A DNA stretch of 64,000 bases. Source: Candidatus Oxydemutatoraceae bacterium (GTDB taxonomy: Bacteria > Pseudomonadota > Gammaproteobacteria > Poriferisulfidales > Oxydemutatoraceae). Under the pieces are notes generated by a model. The model was given only the letters and a program-made list of their open reading frames with translations, did not search any database and was not told the DNA's origin. Position numbers and translations under genes: made by a program. Position 1 is the first letter of the stretch; every line of letters begins with the position of its first letter. Of this stretch, positions 10,020-19,231 are shown in pieces. The stretch covers positions 96,001 to 160,000 of the forward strand of contig CBDCOZ010000002.1 in the NCBI GenBank assembly GCA_965220085.1, read 5' to 3'.

Positions 10020-12311
10020 ATGTCCGATTCGTCGCTGTCGGTAGTCACGCTGGCCATGCAAGCCGCCGGAAGGTGGGCGCAGGATGAGCGCGACCACGCT
10101 CTTTCAATCCCTGGCGGCATCCTGAAGTACATCGACGAAGCGGGGAAACTGCGCCCTCCCCAAGTCAGAGCGATAGAGACGCACTTGTGGCTTAAATTCG
10201 CCGGCGGAAACAAAACGCTGACCGATATTGTCGCAGCCGGCCTGCTGACCGACAGCGGCATGGCGGAGAAGTACAGATACAACCGCCGCCCCGACTTGCT
10301 CTCGGATCCCATCCGCCAATTCTTCGTCGCTTTTGCCCAAAGCAACGGGGCGAGCGAATTGGCGCGCATGGCCCGCGACGATCCGCGCACTCGGAAGGAA
10401 TGGCGCGATGACCTTCGCAAATTGCTGCGCGATTACCCTTACCCCAATCGTCTCTACAGCCTGCCCATGGGGGCCGGCAAGACCTACCTGATGGCGGCAT
10501 TTATCTATTTGGATTTGCACCTGTCCCGAATCATGCCCGACGACGCCCGCTTTGCGCATAACTTTGCCGTGCTGGCGCCTCATGCGGCCAAGACCGCTAT
10601 CCTGCCTTCGCTAAAAACCATACGCGAGTTTAATCCGCGCTGGGTGTTGCCGCCCGCCGATGCTGACAAGGCGCGGCAAGAGATACATGTGGAAGTGTTG
10701 GACAGTCCCAAGTCGGCGAACAAGTCCATGCGGGCGGAAAACCCCAACTTGGCGCGTGTCAACCGGCTGGTGCTGATGCATAAGCGCGGCTTGGTCTTCA
10801 TCACCAACGCCGAGAAGGTGGTGCTGGAACAATACGACATGGATGAGCGGAATCTCGAACCGCTGGACAGCAAGACCATAGAAAGCAGGGCAAGGCACAA
10901 CGCCTTGCGGGACCGCATGGCCGAGATACCCGCCCTCGGCGTGTTCCTTGACGAGGCTCACCACGCCTACGCCGCCTCCGAGCAGAAGCAGAAAAAACTG
11001 CGCAAGGCGGTGGATGTGCTCAATGGCAAAAACAATCTGCGCGAAGTGAACGGCTTCTCCGGCACCCCCTTTGTCAAAACCAAAATAGAAATAGCCGGGC
11101 AAAGCATCCGTCTGACACAATTGCAAGATGTGATATACCACTTCCCGCTGGCGGCCGGCATCGGCCAATTTTTGAAGACGCCCGCCGTGCGCTTTTATGA
11201 GGATGTGCGCGAGGAGCAATTCATCTCCGCCGCGTTGGACGGTTTCTTCGGCGAGTACGACCGCACATACGCCAATGACGCTCGCAGCAAAATCGCCTTC
11301 TACTGCCCCTCGGTTGCCGACCTCAATACGAAGGCATTACCGACGGTGCGCCGATGGTACGGCAAACACCGCCCCGGGCAAGACGCTGAAATACTGACCT
11401 ACTACAGCGCCAACAAGGAGTATCCGTTGCCGCCGAGAGCGCTGACCGAGTTCCACAATCTGGACAGTCCGCACAGCGACAAGCGCGTCGTTCTGCTGGT
11501 GGCGGTAGGCACGGAGGGTTGGGACTGCCGCAACCTGACCGCCGTTGCATTGCCGCGCCACACCACCACAAAAAACTTCGTGCTACAAACCGCCTGCCGC
11601 TGTCTGCGCGAGGTGACAGACGCCGCAAAGGAACGCGCGCTGGTCTGCCTCGGCGAGGGCAATTACCGCCTGCTACAAGAGCAATTGAAAGCCATGCATC
11701 AAATGAGTGTCAATGGGTTCCAGTTGGGTCTGGCCAATCGCATGCCGGTACTGAAACGCAAACCGCGCTTGGGCAAGCTGGAGTACAAGCAGACAGACAG
11801 CCGCTTGATTGTGGAGACCAACCACAGCGAACATGACCCGATGGAGGCGCTGAAAGCGTTCAAGTTGAAAAAATTCACGGCGCGTGACGAATACAAATAC
11901 CAGCCGCGCGAAGGGAGAGGCGCCATTCGGGAAAGCGGCGGGCTGCCGTTCGCGCAATCGGTTGCCGATAGCGCCGGCGACGATACCACTTTGCGGCGCT
12001 ACAAAGATTTTTTGATCGCCTTGCAACGGGCGCTTTGGGGGTTGCGCACGGCGGCGGAGCTCAATCGTCAATATGGCGCGGAGTTGTTGCGCCAGTACCA
12101 AGAGTACGAGAACCGTCTGGAATGGTTTGCCAAACATCCCAAAGGCGGCGCTTGGATTTGTCGCCAATGGGTGCGCGCCATTGCCGCTTGCTTCGTCGCC
12201 GGAGCCAAGTATCGGCGCGAGGAACTGCATGAGGATGTCAGCATTGACTTGCTGGAGTGGGGCGCCCCTTCGCCGTCCATGACTCAAAAAAGCGGTAACT
12301 TCTTGCCCTAA
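10020..12311 (+). CDS. Type III Res-like SF2 helicase part (system 2); ends at an in-frame TAA
   Basis: LPMGAGKT, DEAHH, GFSGTP, EGWD, LQTACRCLR; the frame continues straight after TAA 12309-12311. Confidence 0.8.
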   Translation: MSDSSLSVVTLAMQAAGRWAQDERDHALSIPGGILKYIDEAGKLRPPQVRAIETHLWLKFAGGNKTLTDIVAAGLLTDSGMAEKYRYNRRPDLLSDPIRQFFVAFAQSNGASELARMARDDPRTRKEWRDDLRKLLRDYPYPNRLYSLPMGAGKTYLMAAFIYLDLHLSRIMPDDARFAHNFAVLAPHAAKTAILPSLKTIREFNPRWVLPPADADKARQEIHVEVLDSPKSANKSMRAENPNLARVNRLVLMHKRGLVFITNAEKVVLEQYDMDERNLEPLDSKTIESRARHNALRDRMAEIPALGVFLDEAHHAYAASEQKQKKLRKAVDVLNGKNNLREVNGFSGTPFVKTKIEIAGQSIRLTQLQDVIYHFPLAAGIGQFLKTPAVRFYEDVREEQFISAALDGFFGEYDRTYANDARSKIAFYCPSVADLNTKALPTVRRWYGKHRPGQDAEILTYYSANKEYPLPPRALTEFHNLDSPHSDKRVVLLVAVGTEGWDCRNLTAVALPRHTTTKNFVLQTACRCLREVTDAAKERALVCLGEGNYRLLQEQLKAMHQMSVNGFQLGLANRMPVLKRKPRLGKLEYKQTDSRLIVETNHSEHDPMEALKAFKLKKFTARDEYKYQPREGRGAIRESGGLPFAQSVADSAGDDTTLRRYKDFLIALQRALWGLRTAAELNRQYGAELLRQYQEYENRLEWFAKHPKGGAWICRQWVRAIAACFVAGAKYRREELHEDVSIDLLEWGAPSPSMTQKSGNFLP

Positions 12312-12860
12312 GTGCGGCCCGGTGCCGAAGGGCTGGAGCGGTTGCGCAACCGGCCCGAAAGAATAGAAGGCCTGATGGAGTACGAAGGTTGCGACCCGCA
12401 GGACATTAGTTTTAACTATGCGCCTTATCAATTTGACAGCAATTTTGAAAAGCAGGCTATTCTTAGACTACTGACGGAGGAAGATCTGAAGGATAATAAC
12501 GTGGAACTCTATTACAATGGCATGACCGACCCCGACTTGAACAGCTTTGACATTCGCACACCGCACGGGCGCTACACGCCGGATTTTCTGTTGTTGCGTC
12601 GGCAAGGCAACCGCCCCTACGACAAAAACAAAGAAAAGCAGGCGCGCATCGCGCGCGTATTTATCATAGAGACCAAGGGCAAACCTTTTTATGACGACGA
12701 GTTCAAGGCGAAGGAAAACTTTGTCAAACAAATATTTGTGAAACGCAACCCGCATATTCATTACATGAACTTTGTGGACGAAGACAACAGCGGCAATTTT
12801 GAGACCCATATGGATACGTTCCGAGGCACGTTGTCCCGCTGGCTGGAGAAACCGCTATGA
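12312..12860 (+). CDS. PD-(D/E)xK nuclease part of the system 2 Res (probably the 3' part of a split gene)
   Basis: FDSNFEK, YTPDFLL..IETKG; same frame as 10020-12311 and no obvious RBS. Confidence 0.75.
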   Translation: MRPGAEGLERLRNRPERIEGLMEYEGCDPQDISFNYAPYQFDSNFEKQAILRLLTEEDLKDNNVELYYNGMTDPDLNSFDIRTPHGRYTPDFLLLRRQGNRPYDKNKEKQARIARVFIIETKGKPFYDDEFKAKENFVKQIFVKRNPHIHYMNFVDEDNSGNFETHMDTFRGTLSRWLEKPL

Positions 12861-14713
12861 GCCGACCGGCCCAACCATATGCGCTGCGTCCCGCAGCCGG
12901 GCAAGCCCTGCTCAATTATCAAAACCGTCTGCAGCCCCGCGAGATGCCGTTGTATGAAGCCGATACGATGGAGCAAGTGCGCGACGACAAAAGCGCGCAA
13001 CCCGACAGCTACCTGCTACAGAGCGACTGCCTGTCCGCCTGCGCTTGGCTGAAAGCGCAGAACCTGGAAGCGGACTTGGTGTACATAGACCCGCCCTTTG
13101 CCAGCGGCATCGACTACGCAAAAAAGATCTGGTTGCGCGGTCGAGGCAAACGAGACATGAACGGCGATTCCTCGCTGGGCGAGGAAGTCATGTACGGCGA
13201 CATCTGGAAAAAAGAGGATTATCTGAACTGGTTGTACGAGCGCCTGCTGGCCATCCGCGAGGTGATGAGCGAGGCCGGCAGCATCTATGCGCATCTGGAT
13301 TGGCACATCGGTCACTATGTCAAGATACTGATGGACGAGGTCTTTGGCGAGGACAATTTCCGCAACGAGATTGTGTGGCATTATCGGCGTTGGACTGCAC
13401 CAGGAAGCGGTTATCAAAATATGCATGATGTCATATTCTTTTATGGCAAGAGCAACGATATGATTTTCAATAAGGTAGAAGTTGACCCCACCGACGCAAA
13501 AAAAAGCACTATAGAAAGAGGGTATCATACTAATGTGGTTTCCGGATCTAATGGTAGCAGAGTGCGGCAAATACTGGTATACGACCAAGATAAAGTTGAC
13601 GATAAGATTCGTGAGGGAAAGCTGGATATTTCTAAATACGACCGCGTTGTTCCAGTAGATGCAACGAAAGTTATTGCGCCAGATGTATGGATAGATATTA
13701 ATTTCATTAATTCTCAGGCTAAAGAAAAAACGGGTTACCCCACCCAAAAACCCGAGGCTCTGCTGGAGCGCATCATCAAGGCGTCATCCGATGCGGGCAT
13801 GTTGGTGGCTGACTTCTTTTCGGGTAGCGGCACCACGGCAAAGGTGGCGCACGACTTGGGGCGGCGTTTTGTGACCAGCGATTTCGGTCAGAATGCGGTG
13901 CAGACCACCCGCGACCGGCTGGCGAAGGCCGGCGCACACTTTGATGTGCTGAAGGTGCGCGACGGGGTGCGCCTGTTTCGCAATCCGGCGCAGACCGAAG
14001 AGAAGATATTCCCCCTGCTAACCGGTTGGCAACCCGCCAAGGGCGACAAAAGCGAGGAAGGACTCAATCAATTCTGGGAGGGCAGCTACTCCGAGGGTAA
14101 TCGCCGGGTGCCGGTGAAGTATGCGGGGCTGGACAGGAAGTTGACCATGGATCTCATCGCCGCGGTGTTGGAGGAAGCGGGTCAGGCAGATGTTGATAAA
14201 GCACTCGTGTTGTATGCACATCGTGCAGATAATGTCACGCAACAGGCGGTGAATCGCGAAGCACAGCGGCATCAGCACAGCGATTGTCGCATCGTCATCC
14301 GCTCGCTGGATGAGTTGCTGGAGAGCAAATCCGGTCAAATCACTACGGAGGATAGCGTTGAGTTGGATGTGTGTCGGCAAAAAGATCAATGGCAGATCGC
14401 CATGCGCAAATACTACAGCCCTTATTTGACCGGCAAGGCGGACGAGCATAACGACCGCGCCGGTCTGGATACCGACAAGCGTATCGTCCTATCCGATCAG
14501 GGCTTTGAAGCGATTGAATGTTTGCAATTCGGAACGCTAAGCCCGAAAGGCGTTTGGCGAGGCAAACGGAAATTAGAGTTTCAGGCAAGCAGTGATGCGG
14601 TAGTGGATTCGGAGTATGCCGTGCCCAGCTCCGTGTCCCATCTGAAGATCCGCAATATTGCCGGCGATGAGATCATCGTGGATTTGGCCGCCGAAGCAAA
14701 ACGCTCCGAGTAA
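12857..14713 (+). CDS. mod: Type III Mod-like adenine DNA methyltransferase (system 2)
   Basis: VYIDPPF, HLDWHIGHY, YPTQKPEALLERII, DFFSGSGTT; ATGA overlap with the upstream ORF. Confidence 0.92.
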   Translation: MSRPAQPYALRPAAGQALLNYQNRLQPREMPLYEADTMEQVRDDKSAQPDSYLLQSDCLSACAWLKAQNLEADLVYIDPPFASGIDYAKKIWLRGRGKRDMNGDSSLGEEVMYGDIWKKEDYLNWLYERLLAIREVMSEAGSIYAHLDWHIGHYVKILMDEVFGEDNFRNEIVWHYRRWTAPGSGYQNMHDVIFFYGKSNDMIFNKVEVDPTDAKKSTIERGYHTNVVSGSNGSRVRQILVYDQDKVDDKIREGKLDISKYDRVVPVDATKVIAPDVWIDINFINSQAKEKTGYPTQKPEALLERIIKASSDAGMLVADFFSGSGTTAKVAHDLGRRFVTSDFGQNAVQTTRDRLAKAGAHFDVLKVRDGVRLFRNPAQTEEKIFPLLTGWQPAKGDKSEEGLNQFWEGSYSEGNRRVPVKYAGLDRKLTMDLIAAVLEEAGQADVDKALVLYAHRADNVTQQAVNREAQRHQHSDCRIVIRSLDELLESKSGQITTEDSVELDVCRQKDQWQIAMRKYYSPYLTGKADEHNDRAGLDTDKRIVLSDQGFEAIECLQFGTLSPKGVWRGKRKLEFQASSDAVVDSEYAVPSSVSHLKIRNIAGDEIIVDLAAEAKRSE

Positions 14714-14724
14714 GCCTCGCACTG

Positions 14725-14988
14725 ATATGTGCGCGGAAGTATAACATGGAGCGCAATTTGCTCCATATGTGCTCGGAAGTATAACATGGAGCGCGATTTG
14801 TTCCATATGTACTCGGAAGTATAACATGGAGCGTAATTTGTTCCATATGTGCTCGAAGGTATAATATGGAGTGCGATTTGCCCCATATGTGCTCGGAAGT
14901 ATAATATGGAGCGCAATTTGCTCCATATGCATCCGAAAGTATAATATGGAGCAAAATCTATTCCTTATATATCCGAAAGTATAATATG
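14725..14988 (+). repeat. 40-bp tandem hairpin array, about 6.6 copies, ending in the Fic start codon
   Basis: Units at 14725, 14765, 14805, 14845, 14885, 14925 and 14965; consensus ATATGTGCTCGGAAGTATAAYATGGAGCGCAATTTGCTCC. Confidence 0.95.
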
Positions 14989-16203
14989 ACCGACACTACT
15001 ATAGACCACTCCAACAGAGCAGGACAATACTTGCAACAGCCGACGGGATACAAGGCTTTCATCCCTCAGCCGTTGCCGCCCGCCAACCCTCCGATAAACC
15101 TGAACGCCGAGCAGCAAGCCCTGCTGTCTAAGGCCGACCAGATGCTGGGGCGTCTGGACGGCTCCATTCAGACATTGCCAAACCCAGACCTATTCGTCGC
15201 CATGTACACCCGTAAGGAAGCGGTTCTTTCCAGCAAGATTGAAGGTACACAAAGTTCATTGCACGACTTGCTGGCCGCCGAGGCGGGAGTTGCCGCGGAG
15301 CAGAAGTCTCCTGATGATGTGGGCGAGGTTATCAACCATGTGCGGGCTATGAATCACGGTCTGGAACGACTGCAAGAGCTCCCGATCTCAGTGCGGCTCA
15401 TCTGTGAGATACACGAGAATCTGTTGCGCGGGGTGCGCGGCGGACGTCTGGAGCCTGGCGAATTGCGCGCCTCGCAGAACTGGATCGGTCCTGCCGGTTG
15501 CGCATTGTCTGATGCCAGCTTCGTGCCGCCGCCGGCGGGCATTGTCCCCGAGGCGCTGGGAGAGTTGGAGAAGTTCCTCCACCGTCGCGATGATGCGTTG
15601 CCGACTTTGGTCGAGGTCGGTCTGGCCCATGCGCAGTTTGAAATGATTCATCCGTTCTTGGACGGCAATGGGCGCGTCGGGCGGTTGCTGATAACCTTTC
15701 TGCTTACAGAGCGCAACATCCTGAGCAAGCCTGTGCTGTATCTCTCTCACTTCTTTGATCGCTATCGGCCAGAGTACTACGAGCGCTTGCAAGCGGTACA
15801 CGACAGCGGCGCTTGGGAAAACTGGCTGGCATTCTTTTTCCGCGGGGTTGTTGCGGTGAGCGCCGATGCCACCGAAAGAAGCCGCCGCATCTTGCAGTTG
15901 CGCGAAGACCACTACCGCGCCATCGCCGGAAACTTTGGGCAGGCGGCGGGCAATGGCATCAAGGTCATTGAGCGGATGTTTGGCAATCCCATAGTGTCAG
16001 TCCGGAATGTCATGGAATGGACGGGCACTACTTATGCGGCCTCCAATAAACTGGTCGCGCGGATGGCGCGACTTGGCATCCTGAGAGAATTAACAGACCG
16101 TGCTCGCAACCGCATATTTATCTATGACCCCTATGTCCGACTGCTCGCCGACGACACCGAAGCATCGCCGACCGCCAGCGCCGCTTCCGGCACCCTGCTG
16201 TAA
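14986..16203 (+). CDS. Fic family protein with N-terminal inhibitory motif and probable C-terminal HTH
   Basis: HPFLDGNGRVGR Fic motif; SSKIEGT inhibitory motif. Confidence 0.95.
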   Translation: MTDTTIDHSNRAGQYLQQPTGYKAFIPQPLPPANPPINLNAEQQALLSKADQMLGRLDGSIQTLPNPDLFVAMYTRKEAVLSSKIEGTQSSLHDLLAAEAGVAAEQKSPDDVGEVINHVRAMNHGLERLQELPISVRLICEIHENLLRGVRGGRLEPGELRASQNWIGPAGCALSDASFVPPPAGIVPEALGELEKFLHRRDDALPTLVEVGLAHAQFEMIHPFLDGNGRVGRLLITFLLTERNILSKPVLYLSHFFDRYRPEYYERLQAVHDSGAWENWLAFFFRGVVAVSADATERSRRILQLREDHYRAIAGNFGQAAGNGIKVIERMFGNPIVSVRNVMEWTGTTYAASNKLVARMARLGILRELTDRARNRIFIYDPYVRLLADDTEASPTASAASGTLL

Positions 16204-16341
16204 GTGACTCTCGCATTAACTGCGCTCCACCTTGCGGGGGAACTGCTCGCACTAAGTGCGGAGTCTAAGCCGCCGGCGAAGGGCGATGCAAAGAGGGGTA
16301 ATCTCTTGCAAGAGGCTTGGTGCTAAGCTTGTCAAAGTCCG

Positions 16342-16901
16342 CCCCCTCACCGACCCGCTGCGCTCGCCGACTCTCCCGCGAGGGGAGAGTAAGCGTGTCC
16401 CGCGCAATCCGTGGCGCACCCCCTCACCGACTCGCTGCGCTCGCCGACTTTCCCACGAGGGGAGAGTAAGCATGTCCCGCGCAATCCGTGGCGCACCCCC
16501 TCACCGACTCGCTGCGCTCGCCGACTTTCCCGCGAGGGGAGAGTAAGCATGTCCCGCGCAATCCGTGGCGCACCCCCTCACCGACTCGCTGCGCTCGCCG
16601 ACTCTCCCGCGAGGGGAGAGTAAGCATGTCCCGCGCAATCCGTGGCGCACCCCCTCACCGACTCGCTGCGCTCGCCGACTCTCCCGCGAGGGGAGAGTAA
16701 GCGTGTCCCGCGCAATCCGTGGCGCACCCCCTCACCGACTCGCTGCGCTCGCCGACTCTCCCGCGAGGGGAGAGTAAGCGTGTCCCGCGCAATCCGTGGC
16801 GCATCCCCTCACCGACTCGCTGCGCTCGCCGACTCTCCCGCGAGGGGAGAGTAAGCGTGTCCCGCGCAATACGGTGCGAGTGTTGAGTCATCCGTTTAAG
16901 C
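16342..16901. repeat. 77-bp tandem array (7 units) carrying the hairpin CTCTCCC-GCGAG-GGGAGAG
   Basis: Units at 16342, 16419, 16496, 16573, 16650, 16727 and 16804; near-identical, no unique spacers. Confidence 0.95.
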
Positions 16902-16975
16902 GACGAAAAGCTCTAGCGCCGCGCCCAGGTCTCCCACCTACTCCGGCGGGGCAAAGGTTTAAGCGACGAAAAGTT

Positions 16976-18067
16976 TTACCGCCGCGCCCAGGTGTAGCGT
17001 TCTTTTAGCGCATTCCCGCACGAGAATTTTATTTTTCTGTCGTGTTGCAGACGGCCAACGACAATGCCCGGGGCGATGCCTATCTTATCGGCGAAGTCCT
17101 CAATGGCTTGAAGCGGGTATCCGCCAAGCCCCTCCTCAAGCAGAAACGCGTTGTACTCTGCCGGCGGGATAAGCATATTGCGCGCAAAAACATCAGCCTC
17201 TTCCTCCTCCTTTTCATACATCACACCACATTCCAAAAAAACTTTCTTGCGGCCGTGTTTGAGGATGTGCCCCGCCTCATGGAAAAAGGCGAACCACAGT
17301 TGGTCGTTGCTCTTGTAGCGCAGGCTCAGTTGAATCATCGCCTTGCCGTCAAACCAGCGTGTGCATCCGGACACCTTTGTCTTGGGCAGTTCGGGAACAA
17401 AAACCAAGGCGACACCGGCTTGCGCACAGTCCCGAATTAACTGCGGCTGAAAAACTTCGGGCTGTTCCCGCGTTAATTCCCGCGCCCGATTCAGCGCTTG
17501 TCTAAAAGCCGCGCGGTTGAAATTCGGGATGTCCATTTCAAGAGCCTCTATTTCTCCGCGACGGAGCCAGGCCGAAAGGGCATAGGAGTTCGCCTCAAAT
17601 CGCGCGGCTTGGCGGTAGGCTATTTTGGAAGCAACCTTCCATTGCGCCGGCGAAGCGATGCCGAAGAACTGCAGCACACTGTCGAGTTGATCTGTCGGAT
17701 TTCGGCGCTTGGCAATCCAGTCTTGTTTGATCATCTGCGCCACGGGAAACTTCTTGAGCCAGTTCAACCGGCCTTGCAGGCGCTTTTGCTCCGCCTGCCT
17801 GGCTTTAATGTCGTCATGATTTTGCTGCAGAGCGCTCCAAAAGTACGAAGGCTTATTGAATATGCGATGCAATTTGATGGCGGTGTCGGCCGTCACCGGC
17901 GCCTTGCCGCGGATGATCTCGTTAATCGCCTTCTTGCTGAGACCGGTGCGACCGGCCAACTCAACCTGCGTCATCCCGTAAGCCGCCAAATACTCCCCCA
18001 GCAATTCGCCGGGATGCGTAGCGGTGTCGGGGCGATAGTCGCTCTGACGAAGTGCGCTACTTGCCAT
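16976..18067 (-). CDS. higA: HigA-family XRE antitoxin fused to an ImmA/IrrE-type metallopeptidase domain
   Basis: HPGELL..MTQVELAGRTG..INEIIRG HTH; FFHEAGH (HExxH) and EEEADVFA; start overlaps the toxin stop. Confidence 0.88.
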   Translation of the reverse strand: MASSALRQSDYRPDTATHPGELLGEYLAAYGMTQVELAGRTGLSKKAINEIIRGKAPVTADTAIKLHRIFNKPSYFWSALQQNHDDIKARQAEQKRLQGRLNWLKKFPVAQMIKQDWIAKRRNPTDQLDSVLQFFGIASPAQWKVASKIAYRQAARFEANSYALSAWLRRGEIEALEMDIPNFNRAAFRQALNRARELTREQPEVFQPQLIRDCAQAGVALVFVPELPKTKVSGCTRWFDGKAMIQLSLRYKSNDQLWFAFFHEAGHILKHGRKKVFLECGVMYEKEEEEADVFARNMLIPPAEYNAFLLEEGLGGYPLQAIEDFADKIGIAPGIVVGRLQHDRKIKFSCGNALKERYTWARR

Positions 18068-18913
18068 GGGTATTCTCCACTCCGAGAATTTCAATGGTGT
18101 CTGCCTGTTTCCAATCCAGTCCTCCGTCGGGTTTTCTTGGGATGGGATTGTGAGCGGGCACAAATATCAAGCGCTGAATATCCGTTAAATCGACCGACAA
18201 CTGACATTGCCGCCCGCGCTTGCCGCCGGTCAACTCATGACAGCGCGCCGGAGGAGTTTTGGGAGGCCCCATGTCCGCAAGCGTTTTGGCGGCGGCTAGT
18301 TCGGCCATGCGTCTGCGTATTTTTTTGACCATGCTACCATACTCTTTACTTAAGATTGCGTTCGCTGTTAAAAGTTTTCTCAAGTTTTTTCGTTCGGGAT
18401 TGTGAGCGGGCACAAATATCAAGCGCTGAATATCCGTTAAATCGACCGACAACTGACATTGCCGCCCGCGCTTGCCGCCGGTCAACTCATGACAGCGCGC
18501 CGGAGGAGTTTTGGGAGGCCCCATGTCCGCAAGCGTTTTGGCGGCGGCTAGTTCGGCCATGCGTCTGCGTATTTTTTTGGCCATGCTACCATACTCTTTC
18601 TTAAGATTGCGTTCGCTGTTAAAAGTTTTCTCAAGTTTTTTCGTTCGGAAATGTGAGCGGGCACAAATATCAAGCGCTGAATATCCGTTAAATCGACCGA
18701 CAACTGACATTGCCGCCCGCGCTTGCCGCCGGTCAACTCATGACAGCGCGCCGGAGGAGTTTTGGGAGGCCCCATGTCCGCAAGCGTTTTGGCGGCGGCT
18801 AGTTCGGCCATGCGTCTGCGTATTTTTTTGGCCATGCTACCATACTCTTTCTTAAGATTGCGTTCGCTGTTAAAAGTTTTCTCAAGTTTTTTCGTTCGGA
18901 AATGGATAACCAT
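18057..18913 (-). pseudogene. higB: HigB/RelE-type toxin gene disrupted by an internal ~251-bp triplication
   Basis: MVIHFRTKKLEKTFNS..PPARCHELTG..LSVDL..RLIFVP present three times (periods 251 and 252 nt); the ATG-started frame misses the native C-terminus. Confidence 0.8.
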
Positions 18914-19231
18914 ATTAGATAAGTTTAAGCACTATTCTACCATACTCATAGCAGAAAAAAGTAAACCCCATGCGTTATCTTTTTTAAGGCCCCCTCGTGT
19001 CGGAGGCCAAGCAAAATCGGGAGCGCCAAAGCCCTTTTGCCCTATTCAAAACCGCAGATTCGCCGATGGGCTTGAGCGCTTAGGCCGGCAGATTGCGGTC
19101 TTGGCATGGCAGACGGTGCGGAATTGGTTGCGGCGATTTGTATCAAGCCCTCTTCTGAAGGGAGCGGTTTAGTAAGAATCTCCTCTCGCACTAACCGCAC
19201 TCCGCCTTCGCAGGGGAATTACTCGCACTAA

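Noticed and set aside
14725-14988. 40-bp array as a CRISPR or TIGR-type guide array
   Set aside because: Variation is scattered point changes, not spacer blocks, and no Cas or Nop-domain gene is adjacent
16342-16870. 77-bp array as a CRISPR array
   Set aside because: The units are near-identical along their whole length; there are no unique spacers
16252-17008. Many short ORFs (MLTLPSRESRR.., MAHPLTDSLRS..) and similar ones at 14573-14954 and 54408-54978
   Set aside because: They are translations of tandem repeats
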